Position numbers and translations under genes: made by a program. The notes under the pieces were generated by a model. That model had not been told where the DNA came from. It saw nothing but the letters and a program-made list of their open reading frames with translations, and ran no database searches. Below are positions 49,096 through 63,400 of a stretch of DNA of 64,000 bases, piece after piece. This stretch comes from Bigelowiella natans CCMP2755 (Eukaryota; Protista; Cercozoa): positions 1 to 64,000 of the forward strand of contig ADNK01001071.1 in NCBI GenBank assembly GCA_000320545.1, in the 5' to 3' direction. The stretch's first letter is position 1. Every line of letters starts with the position of its first letter.

Positions 49096-52000
49096 GCTTC
49101 TCTATATGCGCTGCTGCTGCTGCCAGTATTTCTACCCGTTTGGATTGTTGAATTTCGCTGTGGTGAGGGCACCGTCAGCGTGCGACTGGCTACTTCCAGC
49201 CAACACTGACATTTGCATGCCCAAGCTGCCATTGAGAACACGAATCTTGTCATCGTCTGATGAGAAGGCAACAGAATCATCGCTCGTGATGCAAGTCACA
49301 CCACGAGGACCACCCATTGAAGCGCTTTCGAAAACGGTGGTGACGTTCGTGAGGTCTGCTCTGAACGGTACACCACGGAGAGTTGGCGATGAGCTTGGAC
49401 GCAGAACGGCCAGCGTAGGCGCCTGCGTGATGGGATCATCGTGGAATGCAACTTGACGGACTTTGTGGTTCCCGCTGTCCATCACCACTATTCGTGCAGG
49501 ATTACTATTCTCGTCGACCACCTAGGAGAAACAGATAATAAGAAGAGCAAAAAAATACGTAACTATCAGCTAGGATACGGTTTATGAATAGTAGCATACC
49601 CTCAACATCCTACCCTACTCCATGCATGAAAACGAGCTAATTCGCGAAATATTGATTCTTTTATCATAATAAAGTGTCATGCTCTCTTTGCTATTAATTT
49701 ACCAGTCCCGCCAGATTGCTGAATTGAGCAATGGACCCTGACCCGTCCCGAGGCGCTGCTTGCGCCCCTACTCCCGCTGTGAGCGTGACCGTATCAACTG
49801 CGAAGTCAACAACGCGAATGTTGAAAGTGCTGTCCTCAGTAACGTATAGCATCGGCGGATCCTTGTAGAAATCAGAGGCAACGTAATTGGGCTTGTTGAA
49901 CCGGGCAGTCGTGACTGCGCCGTCGTTGTTGCCAAGAGAGTTGTACACTCCGGCAACTGTCTTGACATATCCCGTCGTGATATCGATTTCACGGATAACC
50001 GCGTTATTATAATCAGCCACGAACAACTTTGGAGCAAAGAGCGAATCCCTGTGGAGTGCAATGCCTCTTGGGTTGTTGAACCGAGCACTAAATCGTAGCC
50101 CGTCTTTGTAGCTAGCTTGGCCAGGATATCCTGCCAGCGTCGTGACCGTACTCGTCAGCATGTCAACGATACGCACGCGGTGACCGTTTTCAGTAACATA
50201 GATGAGCGGCTTCTCGGGGCTACGCTGGTATGTGTCAACAGCGACGTCCCACGGATAAACAAAGCGTGCGTTTGATACAGCACCATCTTCATACCCACTG
50301 CCGCTTTTCGTGTTGACAGAGAAGGTGCTCGAGCGACCTACGTCAACCTTCCTAATTCGGTGGTTGTACGAGTCGGCAACGTAAAGAATAACGCCACTTC
50401 CTGAACGATCAATGTCCACTCCTCGTGGTCGATAGTACCTCGCGTTCGCTAGAGTTCCGTCCCTCCACGCAGCGTGACCGGTGGATCCGGAGATGAGCGA
50501 CGCGGAGGTAGCGCCGAAAGCCAGCTTGTAGATCGCATGGTTGTAAGAAATGACATACAAGTCTTTGTTCGTGGTGTCGTATGTGACACCCTCAGCCTTA
50601 GACACGTGCGCCAAAGTCTTTGTTACATCACTGTGCGCAACAAGGGCTGGTCCCCTCACAGTAGGCGCTGTAGTTGGATTCCTGGTATCAGTAGGGTTTT
50701 TAGTAGGAGATACGGTGGGAGTAGAGGTTGGCGATGCGGTCCCGTAGTACAGTTCCCGTACGCGCCCATTGTTGTAGTCTGCTACGTAGAAGGTCTTTTG
50801 TCCTCTAGTTGGATCAAGAGCGATGCCGTACGGATTGTTCATGCGTGCCACGGTGCTGGTTCCATCAACGTTGCCAGACGAAGTCCCCCCAGCGATGTTG
50901 AGGACCACGTTGTTCTTCAAGTCTACCCCGCGTATGCGGTGCCGGTCCATGACGTACAACCACGGGGGATGTGTCGCAGGATCCATAACCAAATCTACGG
51001 GGTACTGAAATTGGGAGGCGAGGAGATTCGAGGTAGAAGTACCCGCAGAGCCGCTACCTGCTATCGTGTAGACTTGACCCCCAGTAATATCCACTTCTCG
51101 AATGCGATAATTCGTCGCATCGGCAACATATAATTTCTCGATACCCATGTGTGCGTAGTACTGCACCGCGCTCGGGTACTTAAACCTCGCACCCGTGAGA
51201 GGGCCGTCCGCGTGAGCTGCAGATGCTGGAATCCTTCCAGCCAGAGTGGTTACCTCCCTGCTTTGAGCTAGTGAGTGAATGACACGAATGAGGAAGTTAC
51301 CAGTGTCAGCCACGTAGACAGTGGGGTGGCCCTCAATCTCCGAATACACAGCAACGCCTTCCGGACTGTTGAATTGAGCACTTAGGAAGGCTCCGTCTCT
51401 TAGACCTCGCGTTCCCGATCCAGCAAAGGTGTCGACGGCCCCAGTGTTAGCATCGACTACTTTGATCTTGTCGTTGTCGTCGTCAGCCACGTACAGCTTT
51501 GGGCTGTTGCCGAACCGATTATCGACGTCAAGACGTTTCGGATTATTGAATTTGGCCAAACTTCCAGACCCGTCTTTATCTCCACCCCCGCTGCCAGCAA
51601 TAGGCTTGATGGTACGATCGCCGGCGCTGAATTCGAAGATTTTGTCGCTGACGGTATCTGTAAGGAAGCTGCGGCCGCTTTTCTCGTCCACGACGATGCC
51701 ATAGCTTTTGGTGGCAAACAAGGTCCGGACTTCATTGCTCGTTGGATTTGGAGGCACAAGACCCCCCGTGTAGTCATAAGGTGTTGTTGGTGCGGGGGTT
51801 GGTAGATCTGGCGAGGTAATCTTTCGAATCCCCTTTTGTCCGAGAACCCAGACAGTTCTGTTGAGCGCGTTCCTATCGATTGCAAGACCGCGTGGCTCGT
51901 AGAACCGTGCAACAGAACCCATGCCGTCGCGAATCTGTGTCGTGCGAGTGCCAATACCGGCGACTCGAGACACCCTCATTGTGCTGAGGTCTAGCGAGCG

Positions 52001-55000
52001 GATCACGCCACTGCTTTCTTCCCCAATAAATAATACGTGGGGATTTCGCGTCGAGTCAACCTTGAGCGACTCTGGATGTTGGAAGGTGGCCATCAGAGCA
52101 GCGCCGTCCACGTATGGATGACTCAAGCTCTTTCGACCAGCGATTGTAGTCACCTCGCCGTGCACAACTTGGATCTGACGGATCAACTGGTTGGTGCGGT
52201 CGCATACGTATAGGATTTTTCCGTCGTCAGAAATATCGAGACCATAAGGATTATAAAACCGTGCTGTTAGAGCAGAGCCATCCCTCTGACCCGCGCTGGC
52301 AGACCCAGCGATAGTCTCGACTAAGATATTGGCAGCCTCGAAACGTACAACCCGGATGAGATGGTATCCAGTGTCGGCGACGTAGAGATCCTTTAACTTA
52401 GGATTGGTCTCGTCGACATGTAGAGCGACATCGCGAGGGTAGTAGAATCTGGCAACCAGCGCCGGTCCGTCGATCCTGCCATAGCTGCCGCCTATCCCGG
52501 CAACTGTATCAACTGACTCAGATATTGTGTCAATCATACGAATCTTGTGGTTGTATGTGTCGGCGACGTAAAGGCTCGATTTGTCCTTCATAGCAAGCCC
52601 CTCAGGCTTGTTAAACCGCGCACTGCTACGTGGTCCGTCCTCCCTGCCACTCGACGACTGGCCAGCATAAAGCCGGTAGGTTCCGTGCATTGGACTTGTC
52701 TGCCAGATTTCGTTTTTGAGAGTGGATACGTAAAGGAATTCCGAATCGGAATCGAACGCGCCTCCTACTCCCCCATAAGACGCGAAATCCTCGAATGGTA
52801 TAGGACTTTCAACGTATGTCTTATCCGCCGTCCACTGTCCGCCCCTGGCAGTCGGCGCAGAAGATGGTTTAGCCACTTCACTGATTGGCGTGGCAGTTGG
52901 GGAGATCGTCGCCTTTATCATCCTACGGATGGCCTTGTTGCTTGTTTCTGCAATGTACAGGGTCTTCCTTCCGTAACTGTCGTCCATTGCCATTAACTCT
53001 GGCGAATTAAAACGCGCGATTGAACCAATGCCGTCACGAATCTCCGCGGAGGTGCCAATCCCAGCAACCTGCCATGTTTCCACAGTTGCGAGGTCAAGTC
53101 CACGAATGCGGTGATTGTTGACGTCGCTAATGTATAAGATGGGAGGCATCCTCGAGTCATCAAAAGCCAGGCCCGTTGGTCGATTGAAAAGAGCGGTGTT
53201 AGCTCTTCCATCGCGACTGCCACGCACATTAACAGTGCCAGCCACTGTGCGAAGGACATTTCCTTGCAGATCGGCCACACGTATCGTGTGTCGGTCAGGC
53301 TCGGTGAAATACACTTTAGTAGCAGTTCCAGATGTATAGCAGGCAATCCCAACTGGGTATCTTAAGCGTGCAACACTGAATGGACCGTCGACGTAGCCGT
53401 TTGAGTTTGTCATCGGCGACGACACCATGGTTGAAGAAGCCTCCCAAATATCGACGACGCGGATCTTATGGTTGTTATAGTCCGCGACGTAGATCGACGT
53501 AAGCTGGGGCGAGTGCTCAATCAAGGTGATGTCCCATGGTCTATAAAACAAGGCCTGTAGAGCCGCACCATTCCTATATCCGGCACCACCTGTGCCTGCT
53601 AGGGTGTCGACCATCTTGTTTGTTAGATCGATTTTTCGGATTTTGTGATTGTTGTAGTCTGCAACGTATAGAATCTCAATTTTGCCCTTGACTTGTCGCG
53701 CCAAACCTCTTGGTGTAGAGAATAGCGCATGGGTCGTGGAACCGTCACGGTTACCGCTGCTGCTGCCTGTTGTCGGGCCAGCGGAAATCGCAGAGCTTTG
53801 GTCAATCATGTTAAACTTGCGAATCTTGTGGTCAGAACACGAGACGTAGGTAAAATCCTTGCCTCGGACGTCGACCACTCCTCGGGGCGTACATGGGCTG
53901 GTAATTCGTGTGCTGAGGACTTGGTCGATATCGTTCCGGTAGCCCATCTCCCTCACTGTGGGGCTACGCGTCGGATATCTTGTGAAAATGGGAGATCTGG
54001 TCGTTGGGTGGGCTGTGGGCGCTGGAGAGGTCTTTCTGATAACCCGGATTGCCCTGTTGTTGTAGTCGGTCACATATGTAGCACGGCCGTCTAGACTGAG
54101 GGAGTCTTTGACAATCGCTATACCCATAGGATAATTGAACTGCGCTTGCCAACCGATGCCGTCGCGTATTGGCTTGTTGGTGCCAACACCTGCGATGAAG
54201 TCAACGCGCTGGGTTGCAAGGTCCAGGATCCTTATTTTGGACGTTTCGCGGTCACTCACGAGGATCATTGGAGGATTTCTTGTCCGATCGACGGCAAGAT
54301 GCCATGGTTGCTGGAACTTTGCTGTCAGGAACGCACCATCCTGCGACCCCATCGAATTATATGTTCCGGCCAAAAGCTTGACTGTCCGACTATCGACATC
54401 GATCTCGCGAATTATATACCTGCGGTGGTTATAGTATACATGTGAAATAGCACGTACATCTTACACTTGGCAGTTTTGTTCTCACCCTCCCATCTCTTTC
54501 TCATACTCACAGAATTATATTTACTGCTATAATCTGTGACATAAATGGTAGTCTTGCCGTTGTCGACATTATAGTGGTAGTCGATGCCCGTCATTCGATC
54601 GAATCGTGCGTTCGTACATGGCCCATCGCGAAGTCCAGACGATCTAGTATTAGGTCCGCACAGTGTTACCACACTCTGAATGCCGTTAGTTTTATCGTCG
54701 TTGATCTGCCGCACTGCGTAGTTGTACTGATCCGCAACCCAAATCTTACTGGTTTTACCATCTGCAGAGTTTTGGACAACCACCCCGGACGGCTGGTAGA
54801 AGCGTGCTGATCTAGCATTGTTTGAGTTGACGTAGCCGTATGAGTTCACCACGCCTGCAATCGTCGTCACCTGGCCCAGCCCAAGATCCATCATACGGAC
54901 AACGTCGTACGTCGACTCTGCGATGTATAACCGCCTCTTACCGAACGTCTTAGCAAAGTAGATTGCATTTATCGTGTGAAATCGAGCGTTTGTAGCTTTT

Positions 55001-58000
55001 CCGTCCATTACGCTCGCGGATCCGCTCCCAGCGATGATGCTCACTGCCTTAGAATTAAGATTGAGTCGACGGATACGGTAGTCACTGCAAGCGATAAAAG
55101 CTTCGTTGGTTTCGGTGTCAATCGTTACGTCCCTTGGGTTCCCGATGGAAGTGTCTTTGACAGTGTCAACTACAGCGAACGCCGCGCGCAACGGTTGCCC
55201 GCGCAACGTTGGAGTTGAGGTGGGGTTATATGTCATCGTTGGTGTCACCTTTAAGGAAAAACAAATACCACAACGCCGACAAACACACACAAAAATGCGA
55301 AAACATTAGCATCGCACACATGAGCACCCATGAGCACAACAATAAGGGAGGTAAACCAAAAAAACGTTTGACTGTTCATTTATATTTTTTCATGCGGTCA
55401 TCGCCTATTATTTACCGTCACAGGATTTCTCGTCGGCGAGACTGTACCCGCACCGATCATGCGGATGGCGTTGTTGTTTGTATCAAGGACCCAGAGGTTG
55501 TCCGACCCACTCGTGTCGAATACAATTGCCCGTGGGTTGTTGAAAAGAGTCGTTGTTCCCTTACCGTCCTTGAGCCCTGCTGTAGCGCCACCACCGATTG
55601 TATGAACCGCCATACCCTGCATATCGATCTGACGAATTCGGTTGTTGCTCATATCGGCAACGTAAAGCAACGGAGGATAAGCGATAGGGTCGACAGCAAT
55701 GCCCCTCGGATTGTAGAAACGTGTGTTGAGCCCCACGCCATCCAAAAATCCTTGACTGTAGCTGCCGGCTATAGTCAAGACCTCACTGGTGTTGAGGTTG
55801 ACTTCCCGCACACTGTCATGGCCATATTGGACGATGAATAGCCGCTTCTGCTTGGCGCCAAACTGTTCCGTGTAGATGCAGATAGACGCCGGGTAGTTGA
55901 AATACGCATAGTTCACAGGGCCATCACGGACCGATCCGGTGCCGGTCCCGGCTGTGCGATACACCTCCGTAGCTCCAGGCTCTACCACAATCTTACGAAT
56001 GCGGTGATTATATGTATCAGCGACGTAAATGTTGAGCTTAGTTGGTGACTCACGGTCTAGCGCCAAATCCATGGGATAGTAAAACCTCGCATTGAGACTT
56101 CGTCCATCTCGGTAAGAAGCGCTATTCCTTGTCCCTGCGACGGTGTCGGTCACGTCGACGGAAAGGTCGATGCTACGGATTGTGTGGGTACCATAGTCCG
56201 CAATGTAAACGAACTCACGCTTGACCCCAAGATCATCAAACCTCTCAAACTCAATGCCGTGAGGCGAGCTGAATCGCGCAACTGCTCGAGTTCCGTCCAG
56301 GTGGCCGGCGGAGCCTGAAAGCGAGAGCATCTTCACAGAACGATCCAACAGATTATAGCGCCTGATGCGGTGGTCGTTTGCGGTCACGTAAAGATAGTTC
56401 TTCTCTGCATCGATGCCACCACCGAAGTACTGAATTGCCGTGTCGCGGATTCGTGTTGTAGCCTCAGTGGATAAAGGATTGAATGGCAGGCTCCTTGTAC
56501 TCGGAGAGACTGTTGGGTATGCCGTCTTTGTTGGCATGGCTGTTGTCGGTGTGGAGGTCGGCGCAGCAGTTGCTTGAAGAATTTTCCGTATTATTTTGTT
56601 GTTGAAGTCGGACAAGTAAAGCGGTCTAGCCCCGCGTGGATCCACGATACCGAAATATGGGAAGTTAAATCGAGCGATGTGCCCGTAGCCGTCACGAGCC
56701 ACAGCTGCGACACCGATACCTGCGATGCTCTGTACAATCTGCGTCTGCAGATCTATCGCCCTGATTTTGTTGTTGTTGCTATCCATCACGTAGAGCAACG
56801 GCGGCTCGCGACTCGGGTCGACAATCACATCATTTGGGCCCCAGAACACAGCAGAGCTAATACTCCCGTCTGTGTAAGCGCTGCCAGCTCCAGGCAAGCC
56901 AGTAATTGTCGTGACTTCCTTGGTTAATAGATTGATCTTACGGATCGCGTGATTGTCTCGGTCCGCAACATACAGGGTCCTCGTACCGTACGATGTCTTG
57001 TGGTAGCCAAGGCCGACAGGATCGTTCCAGCGAGTATTTGAAGCAGCCCCGTCTCGATATCCGGAAGACGTGCTACCGGCCAATACACCGGTATAGAACT
57101 GTCCTGCATACGTCCCCACCCCTGCTACAACCTCTCGGATTAAGTGATTGCTTTGGTCCGCGACGTAAATCTTGGTTATGGAGTTGACATCCTCAACAAC
57201 GCAGTCCCGAGGGTTCCTCAGGCGTGAGGCCGTGCCGTAGCCATTCGAACTTCCGTAGCTGCCGGTAGGATGGCCGGCGATCGTTGTGACTTCCATGGCA
57301 AAGAAGTTAAGCTTGCGGATTTTGTGGTTGTCACCGTCCACAACGAAGAGATTCTTTGTCACCTTCTCGTAGCAAACTCCCACTGGATCATTAAACTGCG
57401 CAGTTGCAAAAGGGCCGTCGCGGTAGCCAGAGCTTGATCCACCAGCGAGCAAGAAGTTCGCCATGGTGTCCAACCTGAGATAGGTGCATGTGAGAAATGT
57501 TAAAACTTGCTATTCACACTGGGAGATTGACGGAAACACAAGGAACAGGAGAGAGGAAAGCAAAGAGAAACTAGGGGGATTATACGAACATTACAAAAAA
57601 CACCCCTATATACGCAGAAAGAAGTGAAAGTGACCGTGTTTGGTAGATCTTATGGGCTGCAGTGTAGTATAAGTAGCCCGTAGCGACGTTGATATCCATT
57701 CCTCGTGGCTTATCCGAACCCAGGTTGATCACTGAAGTGACCATAGCATTTGAAAGAGTTATCGGGGAACCACGGTTGGTGGGCCCGCCGGTTGGGGATT
57801 GGGTCATTGTCGGTACAAGGGTTGTCGGGTTCGCAGTGGGAGAAAGTGTTGCGGATGACAGCACTCGGATTGCTTTGTTACTGTAGTCTAGGTAGAAGAC
57901 GGAGCGAAGACCCTTGGGGTTGAATACCAGGTCCCTGGCGTTGTCCATCCTAACAAGATTACCCTTTCCGTCTATAATCCCCCCACTCGACGAGCCCAAA

Positions 58001-60390
58001 ATCGAATATACTTTGTCGGTCAACGAGTCGTACAAGCGAATCTTATCACCAGTATTTTCCCCCACGAAGACGTAGGGCGGGCTTCGAGTGTTGTCGACCG
58101 CGACACTAATCGGTCGATTAAAGCGCGCGACGCGGCCTGGACCATCTCTCTGGCCATGACTGTTGACTGTCCCCGCAACTGTTTTCACCTCCATAGTCTG
58201 CGTGTCAATCTGGCGCAGCAGCGAGTATTGGTAATCAGCAACATATAAAACGGGATAGCCCTTGCTGACGTCAACTGTGACGTCATATGGGGAGTAGAAG
58301 CGGCAATGTGTGCCCACGCCGTCGCGGACCCCGGCATTTCTATCCCCAGCGATAGTGTCGACGACGGTTCCCATACTAGAAATGTCGATAACTCGTATTT
58401 TGTGGTAGCCGCGGTCGGCGACATACAGCATTGTACGCCCCATGCTCGGCTTGTACATTGCCATGCCCTCCGGATAGTAGAACCTCGCTTGGAAGGCGGC
58501 TCCATCATTGTAACCGCTGCCTCCCCCCGCAAGGATTTTCACAACCTTTCGGTCTAGATCAACGACGCGAATCCTGTGGTTGTAGTTATCAACCACGTAC
58601 ACATATCGTTCACCAGGCCTACGTTTTTCATAAACCAAGCCTCGTGGAGAATAGAAACGGGCTATGGATAGCTGCCCATCCATGAGCGCAGCAGACCCAC
58701 TCCCGGCGACTCTCGCAACTGATTGGTCCACAAGGTTGACGCGCCGAATTATGTGATCACTGCAGCTGACGTACATCATCTCGTTCTCCTTGTCGTAATC
58801 CATTTGGAACATTGTGAATGTTGCATGGAACTTCGTTGTTGATTCTGCAGATTCGAATGGCCGGCCTGATTAACATACAAGAATGGGGAAAGAGTGGGAG
58901 GAGAAAATATAAGCATAGGAAATATAACTAGGATGGATACTTTTGATCACCACCACCACCTCACTCTTTTTCGTGAGGACTACTTTCATTCTCACTGTCA
59001 TTTCATACAACCTCTGGCAGTCGGCGTTGTTGTAGGTGTCCGAGTAATTGTGGGGACGGATGTCGGAGAAGCGGTTACATTCCGATAAACTAAAGTCCTG
59101 ACAGCTTGGTTGGTACAATCAGTAACGTAAAGCTTCCGTTCCCCTCGTTTGTCAAAGGCCATTCCCCATAGATAACCAAACTGGGCAGTGCCTCCAAACC
59201 CGTCCATCTGCGGCATATTCGATCCGACGCCAGCAACACTGTTGACCTCGTTAGTCAGAAGATCTAGAGAACGGACCTTGTAATTGCCGTACTCGCTCAC
59301 GTACAACAGGGGTGGATTCCGGGTTGGATCGATCTCGAGGAAATGAGGCTTGGAGAACAGTGCAATGGTTCCAATGCCATCTCGGCCCCCAACAACACTG
59401 CGTCGGCCTGCGATCGTCGTAACCTGTTGATTTGCCAAGTTGACCCGCCGTATCCGGTGGTAGGTGTAGCCGGTGACATAGACACTGTTCTCATAGTGAA
59501 CGATACCCGTTGGGTAGTGGAAGCGTGCATGTGTGGTATGCCCGTCAAAGTAGCCGCAGGATCCCGAACCCGCCACGCGACTCACGATCACACCGTACAG
59601 GTTGATAGTGAGGACCCTCACAAGACAATTGGTTCGATCCGCTACGTACACATATTTCGCTGTCGGCGCCACCTTGACGGAGACATCGTTAGGATTGCGG
59701 GAATCCTGAGGTGATCCCCGGGCCATCACCGTTACCATAACTTCCAGTTGGATGACCAGCTAGCGTGGTGACTGCACGATTGGTCAAATCTATAAGCCTG
59801 ATCTGATGCGAATTGTAGTCGGCAACGTACACTTGGTGCGCACTAGTTTCGGGGTCAACGACAAATTGCATCCCCGTAGGCTCGTTGAATCGCGCATTCT
59901 TAAGAGCGCCGTCAAAGTAGCCAGCCGTACCCGACCCAGCGACCACTACCACCTGTCCAGTCTTAAGGTCCATGCGCCGAATCCTGTCATCGACCGAGGA
60001 GATGTACAAGTTGTTTGAGGCCTCGTCAAGGGCCACGCCGCGAGGGCAGCCATTCGTCATCCCCCTTGTCGCTGTGTCAACGATTACGCGGTCTGCTCTC
60101 ATGGTTTTGCCTCTCACGGAAGGAGCGCTGGTGGGATGACAGGTGATTGTTGGTCCTATAGTGGTTGGGGTACGCGTGGGCGACACAGTACCTCCGTTTG
60201 CAAAACGAATTGTATTGGTAGATATATCTGTCCAATAGATTGCACGCCCGGCCGCAGTGTCGAAGGTGGGGAAATAGGGAGAGTATACCCTGTAAATGTA
60301 TGGCATGTGAGGTTTTGTTAAATGCATGTTTATCTATTCCAATTGAGGTGTATGCCAGGACAGAAACTAAATACGTACTCATAAAACCGA

Positions 60391-60433
<43 letters not shown>

Positions 60434-63400
60434 ATAAAATAATAATAATGAATATATTTGTAGATATATATGTATATTATACATATTAAAGAGAGAGAGA
60501 AAGAGAGGGGGGGGGGGGGTGGAGGAGTTGACTTTGCAATTTGGCCCTTGCCGTCGACTTGACCTCCCGATCCTGTTCCTGCAACAAGCCCGACCATTTG
60601 TGTCTTCAAATCGAGCGCTCTCACTCTATGACCACTGTAATCACAGATGTACAAGACCGGCGGATTGCGCGTCTTATCCGCGGTGATGCCCCATGGATAG
60701 TAAAAGCGCGCCGTTGTCGCTCTGCCATCCCAATTGCCCCCGCTGCGAGCCTTGTTTGCAATGGTGGTGACCTGGCGAGCCTCGAGATTGATGGCCCTAA
60801 TGTTGGAGTACTGGTAGTTTGTCACGTATACCCACGTGGTGCCACCGATTTCTGCAGAAGTTACTCCCACAGGATTGTAGAATCGTGAGTAGTCCGACGT
60901 ACCGTCATAGTAACCAGCATTCCTGTTGCCCCCAATCCTGTGCACATACTTGCCATTTTTACCGATTTCAATCATTCTTATTTGGTGGTAGCTGCGATCG
61001 GTAACGAAGATGAGCGTGTTGCCTTTCGTTGATCCCTGTGTGGAGTGGAGCACGTCAACATCATGTGGATAGTTGAACTGGGCGTGCATAGCATGGCCGT
61101 CGCGATAGCCCCGGCCTCCGTCCCCTGCGACAATGTCTACGATGCCTTTTTGCAGGTCGATGACGCGAACCTTGCTGTTGTACGAATCGGCCAAATACAG
61201 CTTCTGCCCGCCCCCGTAGTTGTCGTAGCACATACCCAAGGGGGTGTAAAACCTCGAATTTGTCATCACTCCATCGACAGATCCGCTTGCTATGCCACCA
61301 ATGCGCTTAATAGAACCGTCTTTCATGCTGATCCGGCGAATTGAATGGTCTGACATAGTCGCATAGATATACCTATTGACTGGGTCCATCGCGAGACCCT
61401 TGAACTGTGTGCTGTCCTTGATCAGTGTACCAGTCTGAGAATAGGGTACCCACAACGGCATCGCTCGGTTCGTAGGCACTCTCGTGGGAGAGATGGTTTG
61501 TGTTGGAGCCAGGGTTGATGGAGAAGAGGTCGGGATGGACATGTTTCCGTATCCAACGGAACGAATCTTGTAATTACTGTAGTCCACGAAGAATAGCGTC
61601 CCAAGATTGTAGCTGGGGGAATAGACCATGCCCCATGGCCTATTCATGCGGGCGGAATGCGATGGTCCGTCGACGGCCTGGCCTATGACTCCAATGCCAG
61701 CGACTCTGCCAGACGACCTGTCCTTCATGTCGATCACTCTTATTATGCTGTTTGAGTAATCGCTGACGTACACAAACGGAGGACTTACTGAATCATCAAC
61801 AGCTACCCCACGTGGATAATTGAACCGAGAATTGGTACCAATCCCATCTCTATTGCTGGCGCTGTTGCGGTATCCCCCAATTGTAGTTACCTGTCCGTTC
61901 GCCATGTTGATGGCGCGGACGCAGTCGTAAGATCCCTCTGCAATAAACAGCATGCCAGTGCCTTGCTTGCTAAGCGCAATAGCCTGGGGATGATAGAAGT
62001 AGGCGCTATTCCTATGTCCGTCCCTAAAGCTACGGCTACTTCCAGCATATGTCGACACGATGCTTCCCATTGCTCCCTCCGTTATCAAACGAATTCGGTA
62101 GTTACTAAGGTCAGCGATATACAACTCCAAATCTCCAGTAGACTTTCGCCAGCCCACGATATCATAGGGGTTATAGAACAGTGCCGTCCGTGGCGACCCG
62201 TCCCTATACCCATAGCTTCCAGTGGGGTGCCCTGCAGCCTTCACCACAGTGCCACTGTTTAGGTTTACCTCTCGGATGTTGTGATATGAATCGCACACGT
62301 ACAGTATTGGCTGCGCAAACGAATCGTCAACCCAAATACCCCTCGGGTTGTTAAAGCGCGCTGTCATGAGTGGCCCGTCATAATAGTGAGCACTTCCGTA
62401 TCCGGCAATGTGTGTTCTTGTTCCGGTTTTAATATTGACCTTATAGATTTTGTCGTCGGCGTTGCCGTAGTAAATCTCATGTCGCTTATCAGATATTCCA
62501 ATGTTGTATGTATAACCAGAGTAGGAATTCACTGCGTTGACGTAACTGTTTGGGAGATTAAAGGGCTCCTTGCGCTCGGTGGGGGCAGAGGTCGGGTTAA
62601 CAGTGAAAATCGGCCCTTGTGTCGACGGGGTCATCGTTGGAGAAAGTGTCAACTCGGATATCATACGCACGGCTCGGTTGTTATACTCGAAGATGTAAAT
62701 CTTAGTGCCGTCTGGTGACACCTGCACACCCTGTGGATTGTAGAAGGCTGCTTTGGTACCCGGTCCATCGAAGTAGCCCGTAGCTCCTACGCCAGCTACA
62801 GTACCGACGGTCTGTGTGCTAAGGTCGATTGCACGAACCCAATGTGTGTTATAGTCGTTCACGTACAAAATGGGAGGGTTAACACTCCTGTCGATTCCTA
62901 TCCCCCATGGTCTAGAGAACCTCGCCGAAAGCGCGCTCCCATCCCTTTTGGAGTGGCTGTTGTAATACCCAGCAATGGTGTAGACTCTGTTGTTGTTGGT
63001 GTCAAGTTTGCGCACAATTGCCCCGTAGTAGTCGGTAATGTACAGCACTTCCTTAGCCTGCGATTCATCAATTGCGATAGAGGTCGGGTAGTAAAAATAT
63101 GAGCTCAATGCAGGCCCGTCACGGCGACTTGCACTTCCAGTACCTGCAGCTCTTGTGACATCGACACCAAAGGGCGTCATCGTGATCTTGCGGATCATGT
63201 GGGATTGGTAGTCTGTGACCCAGACGTGCGTCACACCGTTTGGCCGCACACTGACCGCAACTTCTTTTGGATTGTAAAACCTGCATGACCATGGTTTTCC
63301 GTCAGTACTCCCTGCATTCCTACTTCCTGCGACGTGGTGTACAGTTTGGTCGGTCAAGTCGATGCGGCGAATCTGGTGGTAGGATTCATCAACCACGTAC

